Below, piece after piece: positions 25,358 to 36,053 of a stretch of DNA of 64,000 nucleotides. The stretch comes from a virus, in IMG/VR virus record IMGVR_UViG_3300002835_000024. One strand, written 5' to 3'. The stretch's first letter is position 1; each line of letters opens with the position of its first letter. The notes under the pieces were generated by a model. It was not told the DNA's origin and did not search any database. It worked only from the letters and a program-made list of their open reading frames with translations. Position numbers and translations under genes: made by a program.

Positions 25358-25708
25358 TTGATGAAGTTTTCCTTTATAAAAGAAACCAGAAAATGGGTTG
25401 TCGATACATTCGGCAAAGAATCAATCTTAAACAAAAAGATTCGTAATGAGAGATTTCTGGAAGAGTGTCTAGAATTGGTGCAATCTTGCAACATGACTAA
25501 AGAGGATGCTTCCAAGATTCTTGATTATGTTTATTCCAGACCGAAAGGAAAAATGGAACAAGAAGTTGGCGGTGTAATGGTTACTTTCGCCGCCCATGCT
25601 AGCTGTTATAATTATGATCCAGATTTTTGCGGCAAGTTAGAAATAGCTAGATGCTGGAAAAAGCAAGAAGAAATTAGACAGAAAAATTCTGAAAAGCCAA
25701 ACCTATAA
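25358..25708 (+). CDS. MazG-like nucleotide pyrophosphohydrolase-type protein
   Basis: RFLEECLEL ... QEVGGVMVT. Confidence 0.5.
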   Translation: MMKFSFIKETRKWVVDTFGKESILNKKIRNERFLEECLELVQSCNMTKEDASKILDYVYSRPKGKMEQEVGGVMVTFAAHASCYNYDPDFCGKLEIARCWKKQEEIRQKNSEKPNL

Positions 25709-25721
25709 TAAAGGAATTGTT

Positions 25722-26765
25722 ATGAGAGAATACCTTGATTTTCAAGACGTACTGCTGCTGCCTGAAATGTTCTCTAGACTGAATTCAAGATCTCAACCAC
25801 AACTACACACATCTGAAAACTCTGTGCCTCTATCGATAGCCAATATGGAAAATATTGGAACTCTTAAAGTGGCAAAGATTGCATCGGCTCGTGGTTGGAA
25901 AACATACATCGACAAACACGTTTCCATCATTGATTGGAGAACGTTTATCAAAGAATCAGATTGGTCTTTGGTCAAAAATGTTATTCCAACCTTTGGGTTT
26001 ACAGATCAAGACTTTGCAAAGATGAAAGAGATTTGGTATCTTCTGAGCGAGAAGTTTGTTCTTTGTGATAAGACTGTTTGTTTTGATTTGGCCAATGGAC
26101 ATTCGGATAACTTTTGGACCTCCACAATCAGATTTTTGAGAGAAGCGCCATTCAAAAATGTTATTTTTGGAAATCTGGGTAACGCGGAGACAATTCATTA
26201 TTTGATTGCATATCTCCGAGCTCGAGAATCTTTTCCAAATATCAAATCAATAGGACTGAAGTTTGGTATTGGTTCTGGCTCAGTTTGCACAACAAGATTG
26301 ATGACTGGAGTCGGCGCTCCTCAATATAGTCTTATTTGTGATGCGAGAAAACAACTAGAAGCTTGCAAAAAAGAAAACGAAAAGCTTTTCGAAAACGTTT
26401 ATATCATTTCCGATGGTGGCATTCGCAATCCCGGAGATGTAACAAAAGCTTTTGTGGCGGGTGCCCATGAGGTTATGATGGGCGGAATGTTTGCTGGTTT
26501 GACTGAAACTGGAAATAAGTTTTATGGTTCTTCTAGTGAAGAGTCTAAATCTTATAAACCAGAGAATAAATATTCTTCACCAGAAGGTAAATCTGTTTTG
26601 ATTTCCAGAAACATGAGCGTTGAGGAAAGAATCACTGAGATTGAAAACGGACTTCGTTCTGCCATGACATATTTAAATATTGCCTGTGTTGACGATCTCA
26701 TCAAAGACTATTATTATCTTCAAAATAATGTTGTGAAAGTTAGGAGACAAACGGATAATTACTAG
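25722..26765 (+). CDS. guaC: GMP reductase / IMPDH-family protein
   Basis: LDFQDVLL, ANM, DLANGH, GIGSGSVCTTR, SDGGI, MMGGMFAG, SPEGK. Confidence 0.85.
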   Translation: MREYLDFQDVLLLPEMFSRLNSRSQPQLHTSENSVPLSIANMENIGTLKVAKIASARGWKTYIDKHVSIIDWRTFIKESDWSLVKNVIPTFGFTDQDFAKMKEIWYLLSEKFVLCDKTVCFDLANGHSDNFWTSTIRFLREAPFKNVIFGNLGNAETIHYLIAYLRARESFPNIKSIGLKFGIGSGSVCTTRLMTGVGAPQYSLICDARKQLEACKKENEKLFENVYIISDGGIRNPGDVTKAFVAGAHEVMMGGMFAGLTETGNKFYGSSSEESKSYKPENKYSSPEGKSVLISRNMSVEERITEIENGLRSAMTYLNIACVDDLIKDYYYLQNNVVKVRRQTDNY

Positions 26766-26808
26766 TAAACAAAGAATCCTTTTGGGAATAAAACGGGGAA
26801 AGAAAAAA

Positions 26809-27027
26809 ATGACCGAACAACCCTCGCTGAGACATCCAGAACTCTCAATCAGAATTTCACCTGATGATCATTCTTTCACAATCATCAGCAAAGTAACTCG
26901 AGTTTTGCGAAACAACAGCAAACATGATTCCATTGAGGATTTTATGAAACAGGTTTTGGTAGCAGAAACTGATGAAGAGTTTATGGCTATAGTCAATAGT
27001 TTTTTGAGGGTGGTTGATGACAATTGA
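26809..27027 (+). CDS. Hypothetical protein
   Basis: ORF in operon. Confidence 0.55.
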   Translation: MTEQPSLRHPELSIRISPDDHSFTIISKVTRVLRNNSKHDSIEDFMKQVLVAETDEEFMAIVNSFLRVVDDN

Positions 27028-27631
27028 AATTGATTATGACTGCACTATCTCTGATATGGATATAATGGATCCATATCGCACAAGAGATATGATGTATGAG
27101 ATTAGAGAAGCGAGAAACTATTTCGGTCTTCATGGTTATATTCACTGGGTCGAGAAAGCTGTCATTCCTCAACAAAAAGCCCATGGTGTTTTTCCTAGAG
27201 AGCTCTTAGGAAACATGCCATTTCTTTCTAGACTCTTTTATAAAAAGTTACCACAACAGGGCAAATATATGTTTGTCGAAAACGACAAGATTCATCTTGT
27301 TGTTGTGTGTGACAAGAGCGATATGAAAAAATTCAGAGGCAACACCCAATCAGTTGTTTCTCTATTCGTGGCATTCCTAGGTGTTTATAACGAGAAAACA
27401 GGAGTGGCCCATGCAGTCGTCAACGAGAACAACACTTTGCTGGGTCAATCTGTTATAGCCAAATGTTCAACTAAAGTTATTGGTGGGCAGGCTGTTATCG
27501 TGAACACCTTTTATCCAATAACTCAAAAACTTCTAGAAGATAATAATCTACAGTTTCCAGTTGAAGAACAATTAGAGACTATCGGCATGGACGATATCTC
27601 GGAAGATTTTTCTTTTATTCATAAAAATTAA
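27014..27631 (+). CDS. Hypothetical protein
   Basis: Long ORF. Confidence 0.65.
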   Translation: MMTIEIDYDCTISDMDIMDPYRTRDMMYEIREARNYFGLHGYIHWVEKAVIPQQKAHGVFPRELLGNMPFLSRLFYKKLPQQGKYMFVENDKIHLVVVCDKSDMKKFRGNTQSVVSLFVAFLGVYNEKTGVAHAVVNENNTLLGQSVIAKCSTKVIGGQAVIVNTFYPITQKLLEDNNLQFPVEEQLETIGMDDISEDFSFIHKN

Positions 27632-27702
27632 TAAAAAAAGACTTGACAATTACCAAAATTTATAGTAGACTTATAAGTTGTAATAATTGAAAGGATTTTG
27701 TT

Positions 27703-28002
27703 ATGGCAGTCTTAGGATCGCTAAGGAAAAAGCCTCGCACGCGAAGAAAGCCTCTGCGTGGTCGTAGCTGGAACGCTCCTGACTTTTCTTGGATGAGGGA
27801 AACTCCCGATCTTCCAGAGTGTTCCAACAATATGGTGTATACTCCTGCTAGAAATTTCTTCGATCAAACTCGTAATGAGTCGAAACAAGTTAAAGCAGAA
27901 ATGACTTTGAATATGACAAGCGTTGCCCCTATTTGCAACAAAGGCGCGTATCAATTCGTGACCAAAAAAGATGATGCTAACGCACTAGGAAGAAAGAAGT
28001 AA
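27703..28002 (+). CDS. Conserved hypothetical T4-like protein
   Basis: VAP..NKGAYQ motif; TTGACA promoter upstream. Confidence 0.7.
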   Translation: MAVLGSLRKKPRTRRKPLRGRSWNAPDFSWMRETPDLPECSNNMVYTPARNFFDQTRNESKQVKAEMTLNMTSVAPICNKGAYQFVTKKDDANALGRKK

Positions 28003-28535
28003 TGAATATATTTTATTTGTCTGAGAATCCTGTTCAGTGTGCGCGTTGGATGGTTGACAAACATGTCGTAAAAATGATCCTCGAAACAGCACAGCTGCTA
28101 TCAACTGCCCATCGCGTTCTTGATGGGACGATGAGAGTGGATGTTGTTAATGGCAGGAAGAAAAAGGTTTATGCTCTTCCCGATTCGCGAAACGAAACTA
28201 TCTATTCGGCGACTCACATAAACCATCCATCGGCTATTTGGGCCAGAGAAACCTCTGGTAATTACAACTGGCTCTATCGCCACCTTCTTGCTTTGCTGGA
28301 GGAATACACCTATCGATATGGAAAGAAACACAAGGTAGAAACAACGGGAATGATTTTCGTTCTTGGAACTCTTCCCGGAAGAATTAAAATAGACGACTGC
28401 ACTGTGATGCCTTCTTGTATGGACGAAAAATATAAAGTGTCGGTAGACCCAATTTTGAATTATCGCAATTACTATCGACAAGGTAAAACGCATCTTCACA
28501 GTTGGAAGAAACGAGTCGCCCCTTCTTGGATTTAA
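28002..28535 (+). CDS. Pyrimidine-dimer DNA glycosylase (DenV)-related protein
   Basis: MNIFYL, DKHVVKMILE.AQLL, THINHPS, YRNYY. Confidence 0.8.
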   Translation: MNIFYLSENPVQCARWMVDKHVVKMILETAQLLSTAHRVLDGTMRVDVVNGRKKKVYALPDSRNETIYSATHINHPSAIWARETSGNYNWLYRHLLALLEEYTYRYGKKHKVETTGMIFVLGTLPGRIKIDDCTVMPSCMDEKYKVSVDPILNYRNYYRQGKTHLHSWKKRVAPSWI

Positions 28536-28581
28536 ATTATAGTTTTTATAAATAGATAGAAACAAAATCCAGGGAGCCAAA

Positions 28582-29250
28582 ATGTCTAATATTGATCGTT
28601 ACGCCAAGTTTATATCAGAGCAAGCTCGTATTGCTAGACTGGATGGACCAAAACAATTGAGCGAAGAATGGACAGCGCATGAAGTGAACGCCGAACCCCT
28701 ACACCCAGATAATGATGGGAGGGGATATGGTGGTCACGATCCAGACGTACCCTTAGTAAGCGGCAAACTTCATCACACAGATGGCCATACAGCTGAATTT
28801 GTTAGATCACCTAATGGCGTATTAAGTGTTGATGTTCATCATGCAAAAACAATAGAAATTGCTGGTGGGTATGCCGAATTACAAAGATCTGCAGAAAAAG
28901 CAGCACAGGAAATATGCGATAAACACGATGGATTAAATGAATCAAAACAGCTGAGCGAAGAATGGACAGTGCATAAAGTGGAAGGCGGTGAAGTCACTCT
29001 ACATCATCAAGAAGATGGTCATAAAGCTGTTGTTAAGAATGGTAAAGTTACTTTGACAGTTGATAAAGAAAAATTGCTGGACAGGGCTTTTATTCCACCT
29101 CCGAGCTTGAAGGATTTCTTCGCCGCCCATCCGGAAGGCGATATGGGACAATTTTCTACATATATAGAAACCACTCGTGAAGCTCCAGAAATGAAACGTT
29201 TAGAAAAAACTGCTCGTGAAGCAGCAACTGCTGCATTGGAAAAAAAATAG
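28582..29250 (+). CDS. Late protein, probable internal head protein
   Basis: TATAAATA upstream; YAKFISE N-terminus; internal repeat KQLSEEWT(A/V)H twice. Confidence 0.6.
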   Translation: MSNIDRYAKFISEQARIARLDGPKQLSEEWTAHEVNAEPLHPDNDGRGYGGHDPDVPLVSGKLHHTDGHTAEFVRSPNGVLSVDVHHAKTIEIAGGYAELQRSAEKAAQEICDKHDGLNESKQLSEEWTVHKVEGGEVTLHHQEDGHKAVVKNGKVTLTVDKEKLLDRAFIPPPSLKDFFAAHPEGDMGQFSTYIETTREAPEMKRLEKTAREAATAALEKK

Positions 29251-29292
29251 AAGCCTGAACATTAGAATATTAACCTGTCTGTATCTAAACAG

Positions 29293-29319
29293 ATCCCCGC
29301 TTCGGCGGGGATTTTTTTT
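29293..29319 (+). terminator. Intrinsic terminator
   Basis: ATCCCCGC-TTCG-GCGGGGAT plus T tract. Confidence 0.9.
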
Positions 29320-29331
29320 ATTATAAATAAT

Positions 29332-30789
29332 ATGACTTCTATAATCGTTTCAGGAGAGCCTCCTTTGCACAGTTTTAAATATTTTGTGGAAAATTTTTTA
29401 ACAGAAGCACAGTTAAGTAAAGGCGAACTTACTGATGCAAATGGAAGAATTTCCGAACACGCTTTTCATCATGCAATAAACTCCTATTACAATAAAAGAG
29501 TTTCTGGAATGAGCCATGAACAAGCTTTGGATGAACTGCATCATCAATCCTCTCAAGCTAGTTTTAAAAAAGATGGCGGCGAATCAGATGAAATGAAACC
29601 GTTTAAAAAAAAATTAAAACACGGTAGATTTGATAAACTGTATTCTGATACAGTAAAATCTGCGGCTCATTTTATTCATCATCTTCATACTGAGGGGTTC
29701 TCCGTAGCTGGGCCTCCGCATGCCACTGGAGCTGGTCAAGAAAGGGGTGTTGAAGAAAAATATGGAGTTTCCTCTAATGCTGATGTGGTTGTCCCGATAG
29801 TAAAACATAGCACAGAAACTTCGGAACATTCTGAAGATCCTCTTTCTTCGTTAAAACATGGAGAAGGATTGTTAGCTGGTGTCTCTCTCAAAGTTTCTGG
29901 ATATGGAGAAAGCGGCAAAAAAAGTGCATCAGACAAACTAAGAGGGCCAGGATTTGCAGTTTTACACCATCACATTAGTAATTTGGTTGGTGCTGTTTTG
30001 GGGCCGACAGCCAAAAAAAATCTGGATTCTCTACACAAAAAAGCAAAAAGTTCGTTGGATTTTGATGAAGATCATCCTTTGATGCAAAAAACGCCTGATG
30101 GTAAACAAACAAAATTACTTGCTGTCAAAGGTGTGATTAATTCTAATCCCCAATTATTTAAAAAAACAGATAAATCTGGTAAAGAATTGCTTGCTAAAAT
30201 AACCAGAAGAATCCCAAAGGGATCAGAACAAGCAAAACAATATGATGAGATAGCAAAAGAAAAAAAATTACCAACATCTGATGAGCTACATAAACATCAT
30301 GAAGAATCTTCTGATAAAAACTCTATACCAAATTATTATTCTGCTGCTGCACGCGCTCTTAATAGAGTCTATAGCAAAGTTAGAACGCACCCAGATGAAC
30401 ATGGTCGTTTGTTGAAAAATTTTCATTCTGAAATATCTGGAATACCAGACAGACAATCAAAAGAGAGAAAAGTCATTAGAATTTTTCACGTAAGCGTAGC
30501 TAATGATGGAGAAGAACCAAAAACTAAAGTGGCCAATCTTCCGCGTTTGTTAAGAAACGCTCACGATTTTGATATCAAAAATGCATCTGATCCAAACAGA
30601 CAGTTTTCAGTTTCTTATACTCCCGGATCTCAGTCTTTCACTATAAAAAGATCGACAGGTAGTACGTTATTTTCTGTTAGCCATGATAGAAGATTTACAA
30701 ACATTAAATCGGGGTCTGGTTTGATGCCAAATAAACCCATAGGAAAATCTTTGGCATTTTACAAAGACAGATCTTGGTCAGGAAGATAA
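29332..30789 (+). CDS. His-rich late protein with PD-(D/E)xK-like motifs
   Basis: NADVVV ... GVSLK; late promoter directly upstream. Confidence 0.55.
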   Translation: MTSIIVSGEPPLHSFKYFVENFLTEAQLSKGELTDANGRISEHAFHHAINSYYNKRVSGMSHEQALDELHHQSSQASFKKDGGESDEMKPFKKKLKHGRFDKLYSDTVKSAAHFIHHLHTEGFSVAGPPHATGAGQERGVEEKYGVSSNADVVVPIVKHSTETSEHSEDPLSSLKHGEGLLAGVSLKVSGYGESGKKSASDKLRGPGFAVLHHHISNLVGAVLGPTAKKNLDSLHKKAKSSLDFDEDHPLMQKTPDGKQTKLLAVKGVINSNPQLFKKTDKSGKELLAKITRRIPKGSEQAKQYDEIAKEKKLPTSDELHKHHEESSDKNSIPNYYSAAARALNRVYSKVRTHPDEHGRLLKNFHSEISGIPDRQSKERKVIRIFHVSVANDGEEPKTKVANLPRLLRNAHDFDIKNASDPNRQFSVSYTPGSQSFTIKRSTGSTLFSVSHDRRFTNIKSGSGLMPNKPIGKSLAFYKDRSWSGR

Positions 30790-30792
30790 AAA

Positions 30793-31989
30793 ATGCTCAC
30801 TTATAAACAGTTTATCACAGAAGCTGAATCAAAAGGCGGTCACGGCCACCTTGGACACGCAGCTGAAGCAGCTATTCGTCTTGATGGAACTAAACCCATG
30901 ATTGGGTTGCTTCGTGATGTTGTTTCTAGAAAGGCAGAAATCACAAGAAAAATTGATGGAGCCATTTCTTTAGCTCGTAAAGATAAAGCAATAAGTTATA
31001 AATCAGACGCCGCAAAATGGCTTGGGTCTCCGGAAGAAGTTGGAGCATTGCACGGACCACAAGGTTCTGTTCCAAAACCGCATCTTCATGATATATTACG
31101 TCCATTGGCACAGCATCTACATGCAACTTTAAAAGAACCTGGATCCCACCAATTTGATGTTCTTTCAAAAAACCCAGAAGGGGGATTTGGCGGAAATATA
31201 GTAACATATCACCCAACGACTGGCGGGACTGAAAACGCATCACATCTTGTCGCTTTCCACACTGAAATGGATCCGAAAAAAGGTCCAACCCCTATTAAAC
31301 CTTCATTTGCTGGAACCACAACTCAACATCCACAGGGCAAAATTGCACATATGGATGTTAGTATGCATCCAGATGAGTTGGATATTTCCCCAAAACGTAA
31401 AGCAGAAGCTTTAAAACATCTAACAGCTGCCGAAGAAGAACACTCTCATCCTAATTACACAGAATCTCACTTGTTTGAAAATGGTCACGTTCATCCTCTG
31501 TTACGCAAAGGAAATCCAACAGCCAAGACCAAACCATTGAATTATGTTGAGATGTATCTCAATAGCACTCTTAACAGCAACAAACAGTCAAACGTGAAAG
31601 ATTTAAAGAAATTTGTTCGCGCAAGATATCAAAAAGATGGAAAAGATTCGACTGCTGCTTTACAACACATCGATGAAAACCAAGAACATTTTAATAGAAC
31701 ATTCAGAATACACAACCATTTACAACGAGCAGTTAATGCCATCACTAAAGGTATTGGTGAGAAATCAGAAAAAGTTGGAAGATTTCCATTCAGAATGACA
31801 GCCAGAATGCCTGGCGGTCGTCAAGGCAATACAAATGTTGGCGAAGGATTTTATGCTAAAAATGGAGAAACCCACGCCAAATTAGTTATGAGCTCTATAG
31901 CTTTGCCCAAAAAAGATCATCCAGCTGAACCAGACAATTTTGCCAGAAACAATCGTCTTAATGATAAATTTTCTAGACAGCCCGTTTAA
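30793..31989 (+). CDS. DUF6267-like (KxDG) His-rich protein with capsid-targeting-like N-terminus
   Basis: MLTYKQFITE; HLGHA, ITRKIDGA, GEGF, F.RNN. Confidence 0.6.
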   Translation: MLTYKQFITEAESKGGHGHLGHAAEAAIRLDGTKPMIGLLRDVVSRKAEITRKIDGAISLARKDKAISYKSDAAKWLGSPEEVGALHGPQGSVPKPHLHDILRPLAQHLHATLKEPGSHQFDVLSKNPEGGFGGNIVTYHPTTGGTENASHLVAFHTEMDPKKGPTPIKPSFAGTTTQHPQGKIAHMDVSMHPDELDISPKRKAEALKHLTAAEEEHSHPNYTESHLFENGHVHPLLRKGNPTAKTKPLNYVEMYLNSTLNSNKQSNVKDLKKFVRARYQKDGKDSTAALQHIDENQEHFNRTFRIHNHLQRAVNAITKGIGEKSEKVGRFPFRMTARMPGGRQGNTNVGEGFYAKNGETHAKLVMSSIALPKKDHPAEPDNFARNNRLNDKFSRQPV

Positions 31990-32004
31990 TATTTGGGAAC
32001 CAAT

Positions 32005-32742
32005 ATGAAAAAATCTTTAATTCTTGGTGTTACTTCTCTTGGTGGTGGTGTTAATAGCATCGGGCACCATTATTATGCCAATAAAATTAAAGAAATGGCT
32101 GATAAGTCTGGATCTGATCACGTTGTTGTTGTTGGCCACGCTGTTGATGGTATTACAGCAGGAAAAAAAAGCGTTGTTGGTAAAATTTGGAAAAAAATTG
32201 AAAAACCAAACCTAGCTAAAAGAAAAATAGAAGGCGCGCCAAAAATTCCAGAAAGTCCAATGCCAGCAGGCGAAAAAATAAAATTTGCCAAGGCGTTTTC
32301 TCGAGGTGTTAATTGGGCTGAAACGACACCAGAACGCGGTCTTGGTGAAATTTTTAAAGATCATGCCGAAAAATATTCTAAGATTCATGTTCATGTAGAA
32401 CCAGAACAAGCTAAACATTTAAGAGAAACTGTAAGACATATGGAAAATTCTGGCGAATTAACACCTGGTAAAGTTAAAATTCACGATTTTGGCAGAATTT
32501 CAAATTCTTCTGGAGAACAGATAACAGGAACAGCTATGAGACATATGATAGTTGATGGAGAAAAAGAAAAATTTTTCTCACAACTTCCTCCCGCTCCCTC
32601 TACTCATCCTCAAATACATCAACACCTCTGGAATAGTTTGAGATATTATATGGGAATTTCGAAAACTCGCCCACCATCGTTGTCTTCAGAATCAACCATA
32701 ATGTCGTTCAAAAAATTTATCCAAGAAAACAGTAGTCTTTAA
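32005..32742 (+). CDS. Divergent phage cytidylyltransferase-like (HxGH superfamily) protein
   Basis: NSIGH, ITGTAMR...DGEKEKFFSQLP; adjacent to the DUF6267-like gene. Confidence 0.55.
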   Translation: MKKSLILGVTSLGGGVNSIGHHYYANKIKEMADKSGSDHVVVVGHAVDGITAGKKSVVGKIWKKIEKPNLAKRKIEGAPKIPESPMPAGEKIKFAKAFSRGVNWAETTPERGLGEIFKDHAEKYSKIHVHVEPEQAKHLRETVRHMENSGELTPGKVKIHDFGRISNSSGEQITGTAMRHMIVDGEKEKFFSQLPPAPSTHPQIHQHLWNSLRYYMGISKTRPPSLSSESTIMSFKKFIQENSSL

Positions 32743-32795
32743 AACTCATTTTAACTAAATAGAATATTAAACAGATAAGCCCAAGGGAAACTCTG

Positions 32796-34139
32796 ATGAA
32801 GAAAAAACAAGACCGCAGAACCGCTGTTTCTAGTAAAAGTGTAGAGGGCGTTCCCGAAGCTCCAAAAAAATTATCCGATAAAATTTGTGCTGTTAAAATA
32901 ATGGATGAGAAAGAGCACATCCTCGAAAAATCAAAAGGCGATGAATACGAGTATGACTATGAGGGCGACATGGCGATGTCACAACTCAAGAGTATTATGA
33001 CAAACGCCAAATGTATCCACGATATGCTAGAACCAAACACCAATTTGCCAGAATGGGTTCAGTCTAAAATCACCCTCGCCAAAGATTACATCGAGACCGC
33101 TTGTGATTATCTGCAAACTCAGATGAAGGAAGAAACAGTACAAGAAGGAAGATCCCTGACTTTCCAACAAAGATTGGTCAGAGCTCGTCAAATGAAAAGA
33201 ATCGAACCAAAGGTCTATCGGGGACAACTGAGATATCAAGAAAGAGTGCCATCACAATCCAGGCTCGAAAAAAGAGCCGAAAGAATGGCCAGAAATTTAA
33301 TTAAACAAAAAATTTCCCACACACCATACGACCAGATGACAATACCAGAAAAAATAATGATAGACAAGATTTTGGAAAGAAAACAAAAAGCGATTAAAAG
33401 ACTCGCACAAAGACTTCTTCCCAAAGTCAGACAAATTTCTATTGAGCGACTTTCAGGTGTTGCAACTACCATACCAAAAATGCCTATGCAAAGGCTGGTA
33501 ATGGGAGAAGAAACTATTCCTTACTTGAGCGAAAGCGTCAATACAATCTATGCACTGGCATCAGGCGAAGAAACAAAGGCTGTGAAAGCTTTGAAAGAAA
33601 AAGCTGAGAAAGCAGGCGTTTCGTTCGAAGAAATCGTTGAGGTTTATTCAGAAGCTGTGCAGAAGTACACACCAAGAAAAATTTCTTCTGAACAATATGC
33701 CTTTAATGCCGTCAATTGTTTTGTTTCTAATAAACTAAATGAAGATTTTCGGAGGATGAGCGTAAATCAAATGTTTTCGGAGATGTTTGTGCATCCAGAC
33801 GCAGATAGAGCCATTGAAACAATTGGTGGCACTTTAGTTGGCGCAGCCAAAAGAAAAGCTCTTACACCAACAGTACTGGCAATGTTACAAGCCATGTCAA
33901 ATTCAAATAAACAAACAGATTTGATGGGTAATTTTAGCAGAAGGGCTGGCAAACGTATTGGCGAAAATACAGAGATTACAGAGACAGCAGCTGAACGACT
34001 TAAAAAATTTGGAGAACGGATTAAAACACAACCCACTCTTACAAAACAAAGCGGTGTTTTGGACAGTACCGAGGTTGAAATAGACGCTGCAGGAAAGAGA
34101 ACCAGAGAAAGATTAACCAAACTTAGAGGGAAACCTTAA
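32796..34139 (+). CDS. Conserved T4-like late protein
   Basis: EGDMAMSQL...LPEWVQSKITLAKDY motif. Confidence 0.7.
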   Translation: MKKKQDRRTAVSSKSVEGVPEAPKKLSDKICAVKIMDEKEHILEKSKGDEYEYDYEGDMAMSQLKSIMTNAKCIHDMLEPNTNLPEWVQSKITLAKDYIETACDYLQTQMKEETVQEGRSLTFQQRLVRARQMKRIEPKVYRGQLRYQERVPSQSRLEKRAERMARNLIKQKISHTPYDQMTIPEKIMIDKILERKQKAIKRLAQRLLPKVRQISIERLSGVATTIPKMPMQRLVMGEETIPYLSESVNTIYALASGEETKAVKALKEKAEKAGVSFEEIVEVYSEAVQKYTPRKISSEQYAFNAVNCFVSNKLNEDFRRMSVNQMFSEMFVHPDADRAIETIGGTLVGAAKRKALTPTVLAMLQAMSNSNKQTDLMGNFSRRAGKRIGENTEITETAAERLKKFGERIKTQPTLTKQSGVLDSTEVEIDAAGKRTRERLTKLRGKP

Positions 34140-34192
34140 ACAGATACTCAAACAGATAAATAGATAAAACTACAACAAAAAGGAAGAAACAT

Positions 34193-35149
34193 ATGTGGGG
34201 TAACCGAGACGCTAAAACTGCTAATACTGGAACTATCCAGATTTATGCCAATGGATATTGTGTTGGTACAAGCACTCTGTTTCAGACTGAGGCTAAAGTC
34301 GGCGAGTACATTATAGCCGATTCCAAAAAATATCTAATTGTTCGAATCGATTCTAACACAGCTGCTCAGGTCCAAGCTTCTAACCTTGGTGCGGCAGTTG
34401 CAACAGTTGGTGCTTCAAACACCTACATTTTCCAGCAGGCTCCAGCTTATGTTGCGGCTACTGAGGTTAATGGAAACGCTCTTGAGGTTTATGGTATTGA
34501 TACAACCGAAGTTGGTGTGGCCAACGGATCTCTTATCTCTATCGCGGTAAATTTCCCAGGTTCTGGATACACAGCAAATGCTGCAGTGACTGTTGGTGGA
34601 AACGGAACAGCGAATGCCCAGGCCAACTCCACAGGCCGTATTGCTGCTGTTAACGTTGTCCTTTCCGGAAACTCATACACAACTCCTCCAGCAGTAACAA
34701 TCGCCGCTCCAGCAAAACAATCCTTTAACGCCAACTCTGCTGTTGCAACCAATGGATTTATTTCTATTGCAACAAACGTTCTGCAGGCCAATGATCTTGT
34801 TACCTACGAAGTCGCGGCTGGAAACACTGTTATTGCCGGACTGACAAATGGCGCTTCATATTATGTTGTGACGCCAAACTCAACAGGTGTATATCTTTCA
34901 AGTACAATCGGCGGTTCAGCCATCACTCTTACTAAAGGTTTGACCGAAACAGGACATACGCTTCAGGGTCAAACAGCCACTGCTCGGGCTCCTGTAATTT
35001 CTGGTCTTTCTGGTAAAGTCGCCCATGCTGGTTGGGTTCGTAGGGTTGTCGGAACAGGCAATCGCTCAGGAAGAATTCAGTATGAAACTCTAGTGGCTAT
35101 GGGCTCGATTGCAGGCGATGCTGAAGACGTAATCGCCAAAGACTCGTAA
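34193..35149 (+). CDS. Virion structural protein
   Basis: MWG start, A/G/T/N-rich, C-terminal HAGWV...GR..YETLVAM. Confidence 0.75.
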   Translation: MWGNRDAKTANTGTIQIYANGYCVGTSTLFQTEAKVGEYIIADSKKYLIVRIDSNTAAQVQASNLGAAVATVGASNTYIFQQAPAYVAATEVNGNALEVYGIDTTEVGVANGSLISIAVNFPGSGYTANAAVTVGGNGTANAQANSTGRIAAVNVVLSGNSYTTPPAVTIAAPAKQSFNANSAVATNGFISIATNVLQANDLVTYEVAAGNTVIAGLTNGASYYVVTPNSTGVYLSSTIGGSAITLTKGLTETGHTLQGQTATARAPVISGLSGKVAHAGWVRRVVGTGNRSGRIQYETLVAMGSIAGDAEDVIAKDS

Positions 35150-35378
35150 CTGATGTTTTCTTTGTTGTAGTAGATGGTGGGCTATCGAAAGATGGCCCAT
35201 CATTATAAATAAATGGAAAATAAGATGTTAGAGAAAATTAAACAGATCATAGCAGAACAAAAGAAAATTCCCGAGCGGGCCTTGCATAAAACTCCTCTTG
35301 AAACTCTTTTTCATTTATTAAATGTTAGAAAGAAAAAAGGCGAAGAGACTGGTACAAAAGAAATAGGAAGATTGTAAA

Positions 35379-35636
35379 TTGCTAAACAAAATCAAAAAGA
35401 TTATTTTCAGCGAAGCCGATGTTATACCTTTTCCCAAAGGCGAGCCTCTGAAAGTCGGAGATGTTGTGACTCATCCAGAACATCCAGACAAAAAATTTAA
35501 AATATATTCTCTTCCAATTGGAAAGGGTTACACCTCAAAAACTGCTGTAATAAAGCCAGCTGATTCTGAAAAGAATGATGTAAGTGGGATGATGAACGTC
35601 AAGGATCCCAGTATTTTAAAAAGGTCACAAAATTAA
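35379..35636 (+). CDS. Small hypothetical late protein
   Basis: KIKKIIFSE N-terminus; LKVGDVV. Confidence 0.55.
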   Translation: MLNKIKKIIFSEADVIPFPKGEPLKVGDVVTHPEHPDKKFKIYSLPIGKGYTSKTAVIKPADSEKNDVSGMMNVKDPSILKRSQN

Positions 35637-35639
35637 TAG

Positions 35640-35993
35640 ATGTTTGATGTACTGAATGATTCAAACTTTATTATTTTCGCTGCGAAACATTATGATAATC
35701 CACAATGTACCAGCACCAGCGAATTTTTAAACGATTTGAATCGTTTCAAGTATATAAAAAAGCTTCTAACCAAATACCACAATACTGGCGAACTGAAAGA
35801 AAGGCTTATACTCAACCATCTGATTATCTTGTATAATTGTTTTGACAAAGAAACCACAAGAATGTTGCTGGTAAAGATGCCAGAATATCAACAGTATTTA
35901 ATCCCCTTTATTTCTTATTTGAATCGTTTGCCAGAAAAGTTATCTGGAGTTTTATGTGACGACAAAATAGAAAAAATATTGACAAATTTGTAA
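35640..35993 (+). CDS. Conserved T4-like hypothetical protein
   Basis: FAAKHYDNPQC...RFKYIKKL...ERLILNH. Confidence 0.85.
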   Translation: MFDVLNDSNFIIFAAKHYDNPQCTSTSEFLNDLNRFKYIKKLLTKYHNTGELKERLILNHLIILYNCFDKETTRMLLVKMPEYQQYLIPFISYLNRLPEKLSGVLCDDKIEKILTNL

Positions 35994-36053
35994 CAAGAAT
36001 TAATTTCAGCTAAATATATTAGCAGAGTTGTTGCGAGAAAAGAGAGAAACGGT

